From: Thermodesulfobacteriota bacterium
GTDB lineage: Bacteria > Desulfobacterota > Binatia > Bin18
Length of the DNA stretch: 64,000 bases
Direction of reading: 5' to 3'
Assembly (NCBI GenBank): GCA_964291405.2
Contig: OZ219926.1
Span: forward strand, 992,001 to 1,056,000
Position numbers and translations under genes: made by a program. Of this stretch, positions 41,741-50,068 are shown piece by piece (positions within the stretch are counted from its first letter, which is position 1; every line of letters starts with the position of its first letter). The notes below the pieces were generated by a model. The model ran no database searches and was not told where the DNA came from. It saw nothing but the letters and a program-made list of their open reading frames with translations.

Positions 41741-42526
41741 ATGCAGCAGGGACAAGCGTTTCTTCATCGGCTCGGTACTGCGGCTCGAACGGCACTCACC
41801 GTGCTGTATCCGTGGCGCTGCCTCAACTGCTCCACCTGTCTTCCTTCGGACCGGGCGTTCTGCCTGAAGTGCCAGGGCTGGATTCAGATCGTCCACTCTC
41901 CGCTTTGCACCCGTTGCGGCCGCCCCTTTGCCTCCGGAGTCGGGCCCGACCATGTCTGCCACCAGTGCGTGCAACAGCCGCCCAGTTTTCGCTCCGCGCG
42001 GGCGTGGGCTGCGTATAGCACCTCGAGCGGCTCGCCCCGGCCTCTCCGTCAGAGCATCCTCCGGTTCAAATATGGGCGCAATATGAGAGCCGGAAAGGGA
42101 CTCGCCGAACTCATGGTGCGCCACTTTTCCCGTACCCAAGGTCAGGACGCAGGACCGCTGGAAGACTATGACCGCGTTATTCCTGTTCCCCTGCACCTGA
42201 CCCGACTGCGCTGGCGTGGATTCAATCAATCGCTCATCCTTGCCCGGAGGATTGGGCTACGGATCAAGACCCCGGTTGATCCCTGGCTGCTCAGTCGCAC
42301 CCGGCCGACCCAGCCCCAGACGCAGCTGAGCGGAGAAGACCGTCGTGCCAATGTCCGGGGAGCCTTTCGGGTGAATACCCCCGCCCTGGCAAAGGGAAAG
42401 CGCCTCCTCCTTGTGGACGACGTGTATACATCGGGCGCGACGGTTGAAGAGTGTGCCCGAACCCTGTACCAGAATGGGGCGCGCAGTGTTGATGTTTTTA
42501 CTCTCGCCCGAGTGGTCGATCCCTAA
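41741..42526 (+). CDS. comF: ComF-family protein (Zn ribbon plus PRTase)
   Basis: Four CxxC pairs, PVPLH, RGFNQS, LVDDVYTSG. Confidence 0.92.
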   Translation: MQQGQAFLHRLGTAARTALTVLYPWRCLNCSTCLPSDRAFCLKCQGWIQIVHSPLCTRCGRPFASGVGPDHVCHQCVQQPPSFRSARAWAAYSTSSGSPRPLRQSILRFKYGRNMRAGKGLAELMVRHFSRTQGQDAGPLEDYDRVIPVPLHLTRLRWRGFNQSLILARRIGLRIKTPVDPWLLSRTRPTQPQTQLSGEDRRANVRGAFRVNTPALAKGKRLLLVDDVYTSGATVEECARTLYQNGARSVDVFTLARVVDP

Positions 42527-42532
42527 GAGCGT

Positions 42533-43189
42533 ATGACGACATCTCTCTCTCTTGGCGTTCTCATCTCCGGGGGCGGTACCAACCTCCAGGCTATTGTCGA
42601 TGCCATTGAGCGCAGAGACCTGCCGGCCCGGATCCGTATTGTGGTGAGTAACCGGAACGATGCCTATGGCCTGGTGCGGGCCCAGCGCCACGGCCTCTCA
42701 ACCGCAGTGCTGTCTCACACCGGCTTTGCTTCCCGGGAAGAGTTTGACCGTCACTTGGTCACTCTCCTGCGAGACCACGAGGTTGAGCTGGTCATTCTGG
42801 CCGGCTTTATGCGTCTGCTCTCGGCTCGTTTTATTCAGGCTTTCCCGCAGCGGATTCTGAATATCCACCCGGCCCTCCTGCCGGCCTTCCCCGGTTTGCA
42901 CGCCCAGCGTCAGGCCCTGGAACGCGGCGTGCGGATGAGCGGCGCAACCGTCCATCTGGTTGACGAGGAAATGGATCACGGCCCGATTATTATGCAGGCC
43001 GCCGTCCCCGTCTATCCGGACGATACGGAGGACAGTTTGAGCGCGCGGATTCTGGCCCAGGAACATCGCATCTACCCCGCCGCCATCAGGCTCTTTGCCG
43101 AAGGCCGGGTCGTGGTCCAGGACAACAGAGTCCTCATTCGTGACGAGCACCATCGTCCGCAAACCGCCTTCCGGTCTCCCGCCGTATGA
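42533..43189 (+). CDS. purN: Phosphoribosylglycinamide formyltransferase
   Basis: SGGGTNLQA, LAGFMR, NIHPALLP. Confidence 0.96.
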   Translation: MTTSLSLGVLISGGGTNLQAIVDAIERRDLPARIRIVVSNRNDAYGLVRAQRHGLSTAVLSHTGFASREEFDRHLVTLLRDHEVELVILAGFMRLLSARFIQAFPQRILNIHPALLPAFPGLHAQRQALERGVRMSGATVHLVDEEMDHGPIIMQAAVPVYPDDTEDSLSARILAQEHRIYPAAIRLFAEGRVVVQDNRVLIRDEHHRPQTAFRSPAV

Positions 43190-43833
43190 CGACCGCCTCT
43201 CCTCGCACTGGCACAATTGGGATCGATGAATCCGGCAAGGGCGATTATTTCGGCCCGCTGGTCATCGCCGGGGTCTATGTGACGCCGGACCAGGAATCTC
43301 AGTTGCGCGACTTGGGCGTGCGGGATAGCAAAACGTGCTCGGACAAACGCGCCCATACCCTGGCCGCCCACATCCGCACGTTGTGTCCGACCACGCTCGT
43401 AGCCATCGGCCCTGAGCGCTACAACAGCCTGTACGCCTCGCTCAAGAATCTTAACACCCTGCTCGCCTGGGGACATGCCCGCGCCATAGAAAATCTCTTG
43501 GAGACCGTCCGGTGTGAGCGGGTGATTGCCGACCAGTTTGGGAACGCGCGCTTGCTCAATAATGCCCTGATGCAGAGAGGCCGGACCGTCGAACTCATTC
43601 AAAAGCCGCGCGCCGAACAGGAGATAGAGGTCGCGGCCGCCTCGCTGGTCGCCCGGGCGGAATTCTTACGCCGCTTGCAGGATTTGGGCAGCCGCTTTGC
43701 CATCCCCCTGCCCAAAGGCGCCAGCCCGCAGGTCATCGCCGCGGGCAAAGCGGTTGTGGAGCAGTACGGCCCGGACGGCCTGGGCCAGGTCGCCAAGCTG
43801 CATTTTCGCACAACGCAGAAAGTGCTGGCGTGA
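43186..43833 (+). CDS. rnhC: Ribonuclease HIII-type enzyme, catalytic domain only
   Basis: GIDESGKGDYFGP, DSK, DQF, VAAAS, AKLHF.T; only 215 aa. Confidence 0.8.
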   Translation: MTTASPRTGTIGIDESGKGDYFGPLVIAGVYVTPDQESQLRDLGVRDSKTCSDKRAHTLAAHIRTLCPTTLVAIGPERYNSLYASLKNLNTLLAWGHARAIENLLETVRCERVIADQFGNARLLNNALMQRGRTVELIQKPRAEQEIEVAAASLVARAEFLRRLQDLGSRFAIPLPKGASPQVIAAGKAVVEQYGPDGLGQVAKLHFRTTQKVLA

Positions 43834-43846
43834 GAGACGCGGTCCG

Positions 43847-43897
43847 GTGCTGTCCTAATCTAACGCAATGTGTCCTAAGTTCAGCAAGCCTGTCCTA
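43847..43897 (+). repeat. TGTCCTA x3 at 20-bp spacing; left border of dcd islet
   Basis: Copies start at 43851, 43871 and 43891; related motifs at 45270-45300. Confidence 0.7.
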
Positions 43898-44213
43898 TTT
43901 CACTCCGTGAGCGCCTCATAGATATGCCCCGCCACGACCTGGAGCCCTTCTTTATTTGCGGCGCCCTAACCCACCCTACGAACAATGTCCGGCACATGAG
44001 AGTCTTGCGCTCAACGATCGCTCCTCGATGAGAATTATATACGATCTTATCCACTCCAGGGTACGCGCATCCGTGCGTCTACATTCCCTATTTTTCCGGC
44101 TCTTGGCTCCCAGAATCTTTTACACTGCCGTAGTTGACACCAGAGAATACACAGATAGATATATTCTACATGAGGCGACATTTTGTCGTGTCATCCTGGA
44201 AAGGAGGGGGTTG

Positions 44214-44288
44214 ATGGCAACCCAAAAGAAAACTGGCCGCGAGCGCATCCTTACGTCTCATGTAGGTGGCTGCCCGGCCCATGACTGA
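44214..44288 (+). pseudogene. Possible N-terminal fragment of a cobalamin-independent methionine synthase II-family gene
   Basis: Strong RBS, then MATQKKTGRERILTSHVG, resembling RILTTHVGSLPRP, followed by an apparent frameshift and stop. Confidence 0.5.
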
Positions 44289-44427
44289 GTTGATCCCGGA
44301 CTCGCCCGAAAACATTGCGAAAGCGTGCATGGTAGGTCCACCGAAGAAGCGGTGGCGGTATGTTGCTGGCAGCGGGAATTAGTCCTCTCAACACAGTCAG
44401 TTATATTTTTGAAGAAGGGAAGAATGT

Positions 44428-44718
44428 ATGCCTTTGCAAGTGGGTGGTAGGGTGTGGCTCCCCTGCGAAGTAAAGCCGGGGCCTTTTTCAAATGAACGCC
44501 TTGTTCGTATTGAACTTCCAGAAGGTCAGTGGGTTGGATTTGTTGATACTCGTGCACTAAAGGAAGCAATAGAAACAGGGTCAACCTCCGTTCTCGCTCG
44601 TATTATTGCAATCACAGAAAACGATGTAACTGCCATCGTGCAGGGGCACGCTTTTGACACTCGTCAAGTGCAGGCGTCAACTGCTAAGGTACAACCAGTT
44701 GTTCCTCTCTCGCCCTAA
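44428..44718 (+). CDS. Hypothetical small beta-rich protein
   Basis: 96 aa, AAGGG RBS, AT-richer; overlaps the next gene. Confidence 0.7.
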   Translation: MPLQVGGRVWLPCEVKPGPFSNERLVRIELPEGQWVGFVDTRALKEAIETGSTSVLARIIAITENDVTAIVQGHAFDTRQVQASTAKVQPVVPLSP

Positions 44719-45268
44719 AATCCTCGAACATCTTAAGAACCAACACCTACGCTTTGACCCGGAAATTCCAGAGGATAGGGTAGCGCAGGTGTCAATTGAT
44801 CTGCTTCCTGGGCGGTACTTTACCACTTTCAGGGAGAAGCCTGGTTATCTTCCTTCGATACAGATGGACCCTTCACTCTGGGATTCAGAGGACCTCTGGG
44901 AAAACGAAGAGGCGGACACCTTTGTGCTAGAGCCCAATCATTTTGTCCTTGCGCAAACACTAGAACGTGTCTATATGCCAAACTCGTTAATGGGGCTCGT
45001 TGAAGGGAGAAGCAGCTATGCAAGAATCGGCGTTACAGTCCATGTAACTGCTCCCAAGATTGATCCTGGGTTCAATGCTCACATCACATTAGAGATGGCG
45101 AATTTTGGAAAAATACCCGTACAACTACGTGCTGGAGTAGATAAGCCTGCTCAGCTTCTACTTGCTGAAATTACTCCACCGCTAGCAGAGTCTGAACTGT
45201 ATGGCACAAATCCAACAGATGTTTTTCAAGGTCAGACTAAGCCTATTCCGAGCGGGCGTAAGTCATGA
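44699..45268 (+). CDS. dcd: dCTP deaminase (trimeric dUTPase fold)
   Basis: SIDL, LAQTLE, EGRSSYARIG, IDPGF..ITLE; TTG start at 44699 inferred. Confidence 0.88.
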   Translation: MFLSRPKILEHLKNQHLRFDPEIPEDRVAQVSIDLLPGRYFTTFREKPGYLPSIQMDPSLWDSEDLWENEEADTFVLEPNHFVLAQTLERVYMPNSLMGLVEGRSSYARIGVTVHVTAPKIDPGFNAHITLEMANFGKIPVQLRAGVDKPAQLLLAEITPPLAESELYGTNPTDVFQGQTKPIPSGRKS

Positions 45269-45324
45269 CTGTGTCCTAATCAGGACAGCACGGCTGTCCT
45301 TGCCCCCGGCCCGCGTTTCCTCTA

Positions 45325-45375
45325 AAGAGGGTACGTGTCCTTCCACAGCCTGAAAGGCTGGACACGCGCCCTCTT
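45325..45375. repeat. Palindrome family copy upstream of mazG
   Basis: AAGAGGGTACGTGTCC / GGACACGCGCCCTCTT. Confidence 0.75.
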
Positions 45376-45388
45376 CATCCCGTCTGCC

Positions 45389-46198
45389 ATGGCACACGAT
45401 CCCCACCCCGCGTTTGACCGGCTCGTCAGCATTATGGCGACGTTGCGCAGTCCGAACGGCTGCCCGTGGGATCAGGAGCAGACGCCGCAGACGCTCAAAC
45501 CCTACCTCGTCGAAGAGACCTATGAGGTGCTGGACGCCCTTGAGGCGGAGGACTGGGCTGAGCTGAAAGAGGAATTGGGGGACCTCCTCCTTCAGATCGT
45601 GTTCCACGCCCAGCTTATGGCCGAAGCCGGGGAATTTACGATTGACGATGTGGCCCAGGCCATTGTCGATAAAATGACCCGCCGCCATCCGCATGTCTTT
45701 AGCGACCTGAAAGTCGGGAGCGCCGCAGAGGTCAGTCAGAATTGGGCCAAGATCAAAGCGCAGGAGAAAAGGGCAAAAAAGAGGGAAAGAGGGGCTGCGG
45801 ATCAATCCGTTCTGGCCGGTGTTCCCAAAGGCGCACCGGCCTTGATCCAGGCCCAGCGCTTGGGCGAAAAGGCCACCCGCGTCGGTTTTGACTGGCCGTC
45901 GGCTGCGGCGGTCTTTGAAAAGGTCACGGAAGAGTACCAGGAATTGGCAGCGGTACTGGCAACACGGCACACGGAGCAACAGGAACATGAACTCGGCGAC
46001 CTGTTGTTTGCCTTGACCAGCCTGGCCCGGCATCTTGACCTGGACGCCGAGTCTGCCCTGCGTAAGGCCAGCAGCCGTTTTAGCAGACGCTTTCGTTATA
46101 TCGAGGAGCAACTCGCGCGCAACCGGGAGGACATCCATCACACCTCACTGCCGCGGCTGGAGGAATTGTGGCAGGAGGCCAAGCAGACGGTGGGGTAG
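45389..46198 (+). CDS. mazG: Nucleoside triphosphate pyrophosphohydrolase
   Basis: GCPWD, EETYE, EELGDLL, RRHPHVF. Confidence 0.95.
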   Translation: MAHDPHPAFDRLVSIMATLRSPNGCPWDQEQTPQTLKPYLVEETYEVLDALEAEDWAELKEELGDLLLQIVFHAQLMAEAGEFTIDDVAQAIVDKMTRRHPHVFSDLKVGSAAEVSQNWAKIKAQEKRAKKRERGAADQSVLAGVPKGAPALIQAQRLGEKATRVGFDWPSAAAVFEKVTEEYQELAAVLATRHTEQQEHELGDLLFALTSLARHLDLDAESALRKASSRFSRRFRYIEEQLARNREDIHHTSLPRLEELWQEAKQTVG

Positions 46199-47902
46199 GA
46201 TGCCCAGTAAGGCTCGCAGTTCATCTTTCCCACCCGGCCAGACCAGGACAACAAAGCTACACACACCGATCAGGACAGCCCCGCCGAGACTCCCCAGCCG
46301 GCTGAGCCGGGAACCGCCCGGGGCAAGCCAGTCAATCTGTCCCACACACCACCACAGTACGACCAGCATCCCGACCGAGGCGAGGCCGCTCCACAGCAGA
46401 GAGACGGCCCATTTTTGCCACGGAAAGGCTGAAAGACGTCGTGACAGGCGAACGGCCTGAAATACCAGATTGGCCATGGCCGCGAGCGAGGTTGCGGCGG
46501 CAAGGCCAACAACCCCCCAATTCTGCATCGAGACCATGCCGCTCACGGCGGCGACACCCTGCGCCAGCCAGTTCGCCTCGCTAGGGAGACTGATACGGCC
46601 CATGAGGACAAGGCTGGCCCCTATTTTTATCATGAGGGCGACCACGCCACCCCAGACTGGCGTCCGGGTATCCCCGAGGGCGTACAAACAGGCCGTGACC
46701 TGGCGGGTCGCCGCAACCGCCCAGAGGCCCAGGGCCAGCGCCTGGAGGGCGGTCGCCGTGACCACAACGTCCTGGGCGGAAAAGGCGCCTCGGAAAAACA
46801 GGACCGTCGTGACAGGCGTTGCCAGAACGGCCAGCCCAACCGCCGCGGGCAGCGTGACGACATTGACCAGCCGCAGGGCGAACCCCAGACTGTCCCGCAT
46901 GCCGGTCCAGTCATGCTGCTGGGCGTGCGTCGCCAGGCTGGGCAGGACCGCGGTACTCAGGGCAACAACAAAAATTCCAACGGGAAACTCGAACAAACGG
47001 CTGGCGTACCACAGGCAGGCGACGCTTCCGTCCGCGAGCAGCGAGGCCAGCAGGGTGCTGATGATTTGATTGAGTTGAAAAATACCGGTCCCAAAGACGA
47101 GCGGTAAGAGGAGCAGACCCATGCGTCGTAAGGCCGGATGGCATGGCTGCCAGCTCAGACGCAAGGACACTCCGTGGCGGACGAGGGCGGGCAACTGCCA
47201 CAGGAGTTGGCAGACTCCGCCCAGCACGACCCCGTAGGCCAGACTCATCACGGGCTCGGCCACCTGGGCAGACAGACCGAACACGCTCACAATCACCGCG
47301 GCGTTAAACAGCACCGGCGCAAAGGCCGGCGCCGTAAAGTGTCGGAGCGCATGCAAGACCCCCATGGCTAACGCGGCTGCGCCAACGCAGAAGAGGTAGA
47401 CAAACATGACGCGGGTCAAATCAATGGTGAGCAGCAATTTGTCGCTCGTAAAGCCGGGCGCGAAGAGGCGGGTAAGGGGGTCGGCAAGGCATATCCCCAG
47501 GCCGGTCAAAACGAGCAGCAGGCCAAGCCCGGTTCCGAAGAATGCGCGAATCATGCGACTCGTCGCGCGGGATCGCCGGCTCAGATATCTGGTCAGCACC
47601 GGGACAAAGGCGGCGTCGGTTGCCCCCTCACCGACGAGACGCCGGAGCAGGTTGGGAATGCGGAACGCCACAAAGAACGCGTCAGCGGCCAGACCCGCTC
47701 CAAAGACAGAGCCAATCACCATATCCCGACCCAAGCCGGAAATACGGCTCAACAGCGTCAGCCCGCCGATCTGTCCAACGGCCCGCACCACCTGGGTGTT
47801 TTCTCCGGAGTCGTGTCGTGCGCCGCGGACACCCGACCCGGCAGCCCTGGCTCCACTCTGTTGCCCAGCCGGCCTCTTCAACCGCCCGCTCTTGCGCGAC
47901 AT
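46145..47902 (-). CDS. murJ: Lipid II flippase MurJ
   Basis: SRISGLGRD, DAFFVAFRIPNLLRR..GEGA; many TM segments. Confidence 0.93.
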   Translation of the reverse strand: MSRKSGRLKRPAGQQSGARAAGSGVRGARHDSGENTQVVRAVGQIGGLTLLSRISGLGRDMVIGSVFGAGLAADAFFVAFRIPNLLRRLVGEGATDAAFVPVLTRYLSRRSRATSRMIRAFFGTGLGLLLVLTGLGICLADPLTRLFAPGFTSDKLLLTIDLTRVMFVYLFCVGAAALAMGVLHALRHFTAPAFAPVLFNAAVIVSVFGLSAQVAEPVMSLAYGVVLGGVCQLLWQLPALVRHGVSLRLSWQPCHPALRRMGLLLLPLVFGTGIFQLNQIISTLLASLLADGSVACLWYASRLFEFPVGIFVVALSTAVLPSLATHAQQHDWTGMRDSLGFALRLVNVVTLPAAVGLAVLATPVTTVLFFRGAFSAQDVVVTATALQALALGLWAVAATRQVTACLYALGDTRTPVWGGVVALMIKIGASLVLMGRISLPSEANWLAQGVAAVSGMVSMQNWGVVGLAAATSLAAMANLVFQAVRLSRRLSAFPWQKWAVSLLWSGLASVGMLVVLWWCVGQIDWLAPGGSRLSRLGSLGGAVLIGVCSFVVLVWPGGKDELRALLGILPHRLLGLLPQFLQPRQ

Positions 47903-47956
47903 TGATCAGTCTCCCCACTCATGGTAGGAACAGTGCCTCAGAGAGGAGTATTGTAC

Positions 47957-48229
47957 GTGGCATCAGGAGAAAAAAAACGTCATCGTCAGAGCGAGGTTCG
48001 GCGAGCCCGCAACCACGCAGCCAAATCGCGGGTAAAAACCCTTATGAAGAGAGTCACAGAAGCCGTCGAGGGTGGAGAGAGCGCGGTAGTCGAGAGTTCT
48101 CTGCGGACGGCGGTCAGTGCACTTCACCGGGCGGGTCAGAAACGGATTATTCCCAAACACGCGGCAGACCGGTATATCGGCCAGCTCTCAAAACTGGTCC
48201 ACAAACACCAAACCGCCGCCTCCGCCTGA
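47957..48229 (+). CDS. rpsT: 30S ribosomal protein S20
   Basis: KKRHRQSE.RR.RN...KS; divergent from murJ; GAGGAG RBS. Confidence 0.9.
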   Translation: MASGEKKRHRQSEVRRARNHAAKSRVKTLMKRVTEAVEGGESAVVESSLRTAVSALHRAGQKRIIPKHAADRYIGQLSKLVHKHQTAASA

Positions 48230-48271
48230 CCCTATCGGCAAGGGGTCACGGGCCCTTTTCTGTTTCCCCTG

Positions 48272-48345
48272 GAAATTATCGCCCAGACAAAACGAGACCT
48301 CACGCGCCGCTGCGGTAAAGAGGCGCGCGGTGGCGAGGCTGTGGT
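48272..48345 (-). pseudogene. Remnant 3' end of a second lptE allele
   Basis: Colinear with 49459-49532; encodes LATARLFTAAAREVSFCLGDNF versus LAVGRLFTAAAREVSFRLGDNF. Confidence 0.88.
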
Positions 48346-48361
48346 GCATCCCGCATACCAC

Positions 48362-48424
48362 TCAGGCCCAGTTTTGCACCCGCAGCGGCTCCGAGACGAT
48401 ATTGGTATCCAGCAGGTATTCCAC
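48362..48424 (-). pseudogene. Internally deleted vapC
   Basis: MEYLLDTNIVSEPLR (PIN N-terminus) joined to VQNWA-stop (PIN-like C-terminus). Confidence 0.8.
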
Positions 48425-48427
48425 GGC

Positions 48428-48709
48428 TCACAACTCAACGTCGCGTCCCGGTACCGCGTCCCGCACAGTCCCGAACACTTCGTCGGGATTCAGCGCGAGG
48501 GTCGGCAGGTCGGTATCTCTCTCAAAAGCCTCGTACGCTTCGGTGAAGCGGCGCCGGCCCGCGGCAAGGCGCTCGAAGGCTTTCCGTCCGATGAGCACAG
48601 CCACCGGTTCCCCGTGACGAGTCAGCTCTACGGCGGTGCCGCTCTCCGCTGTACGCACCAGGGTCGGCAGGTTGCGACGAGCCTCGGCAATCGAATATCT
48701 GTCGGCCAT
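48428..48709 (-). CDS. Phd/YefM-family antitoxin
   Basis: YSIAEARRNLP.LV..AE.G..VELTRHGEPVAV. Confidence 0.88.
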   Translation of the reverse strand: MADRYSIAEARRNLPTLVRTAESGTAVELTRHGEPVAVLIGRKAFERLAAGRRRFTEAYEAFERDTDLPTLALNPDEVFGTVRDAVPGRDVEL

Positions 48710-48743
48710 TGCTGCATCCTTTATGCTCATGGTTATGTACACT

Positions 48744-48881
48744 CTAGAGCGGTTTACGATACGTTGTAGCCTTCGTCATGCCGGACGTGATCCGGCATCC
48801 AGCGGTCGGGAGGGCGGGAGACCTGGATTCCTGTTTTCACAGGAATGACGGGCGGCTACACAGAATCGCAATTTGCTCTAG
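48744..48881 (+). mobile_element. MITE-like element B, copy 2
   Basis: CTAG at both ends; interior is a CGTCATGCCGGAC...GGAATGACG REP-like pair. Confidence 0.8.
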
Positions 48882-48969
48882 CATGTCTCGCATGGTGACA
48901 AAACCGTGGCCTCGCTTTGTTTCCGTGTTTCAGGGTAGCGGAGAATCCCCTCCTTGGAGGGGTGACGCG

Positions 48970-49125
48970 CTAGAGCAAAATTCACATTAGTGTAGCGTCC
49001 ACCGGCCTCCGCGCGTTTCCCGATAAGTCGGGGGCGCCCTGCGCACCGGGGAAAGGTGGTGCATGGGATGCACCCTACGGAACTCTGGAGAGCACCGCGC
49101 TACACCACGGAGGAAACTGCGCGAG
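48970..49125 (-). mobile_element. MITE-like element A, copy 4
   Basis: Reverse complement of 9418-9573; 156 bp. Confidence 0.85.
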
Positions 49126-49455
49126 CGGCGGGGTGGGTTTTGCGGCCTGGTCGTACCTGGGAACCCCACCCCGGCCTGCGTCCACCCCTCCCGATACGTG
49201 TGATGCCTACTGTGTCGTGAGCCTCCCGGGGCCGCTCGCCCTCCCCCTTCCTGGGAGAGCGGCCATCTTGGCCGCTTGCGGGCTGGAAGCCCGCACTCCT
49301 GGCCCCCTGCCGCAACGGCGCAGGGGGGCGGGGGCCGCCGGGGAATGTCATGTGCATCACCCCTCCGGGGAGGGGATGAGGGCTATCCGGAGGTGGAATC
49401 CTTATCCGTGGATACGGAACGGCAACTCCACCAATCAGGGGGAGAGTAAAAGCAG

Positions 49456-50034
49456 TTAGAAATTGTCGCCCAGACGAAAAGAGACCTCACGCGCCGCCGC
49501 AGTAAAGAGACGCCCAACGGCAAGGCGGCGTTGGGTTTCTGAGAACTGCACATCCGTGAGGCCGGGCAGGTCTCCAGGGTCGAGCGTTCCCTGCAGGAAT
49601 TCCGGCGAGGTTGTCACCAGGACCTGGGGAATGGCGCTGTAATATTCCGTCACCCGCAGATTGTCTGCCCGCCACAGGACCTTCCCGCTTCCTCGGTCGA
49701 TGAGCTGGACATCGAGGGCCAGCACCATTTCATACTCAAGAACCTGAGCGCGGCGGTCAAAGGAGAACGGTCGCAGTTCCAGCATCTGGAGTTGGGCGGA
49801 AATCACCCCTTCGCCCGTGTCGGTGACGCGGATATTCCGACGGGTCCGAAACTCTCGCTCCATGGCCCACTGGAGTTCCTTTTCCATACCGGTCTCAAGC
49901 GTACGATTGGAAAATTCAGCAAAGCTCACACTCTGGATTCCCTGCGGTAAGGGGGCGGTCCCCGCGAACTGATAGCCGCACGCGCTCCACAGGCAGGCAC
50001 ATACGGCGATCAAAATGGCATACGCTTTCTTCAT
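49456..50034 (-). CDS. lptE: LPS assembly lipoprotein LptE
   Basis: Lipobox WSA-CGY; downstream of leuS. Confidence 0.85.
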   Translation of the reverse strand: MKKAYAILIAVCACLWSACGYQFAGTAPLPQGIQSVSFAEFSNRTLETGMEKELQWAMEREFRTRRNIRVTDTGEGVISAQLQMLELRPFSFDRRAQVLEYEMVLALDVQLIDRGSGKVLWRADNLRVTEYYSAIPQVLVTTSPEFLQGTLDPGDLPGLTDVQFSETQRRLAVGRLFTAAAREVSFRLGDNF

Positions 50035-50068
50035 GAAAGACCTGAGCCGGGGAGTTTTCAGCGATACA

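Noticed and set aside
44699-45268. Assignment to the described anti-phage dCTP deaminase/AvcD family
   Set aside because: Those have a P-loop kinase plus Zn-dependent deaminase (HAE/PCxxC); this protein has the trimeric dUTPase-fold motifs.
46145-46198. 54-bp convergent overlap of mazG and murJ
   Set aside because: Short tail-to-tail overlaps are common; no further signal.
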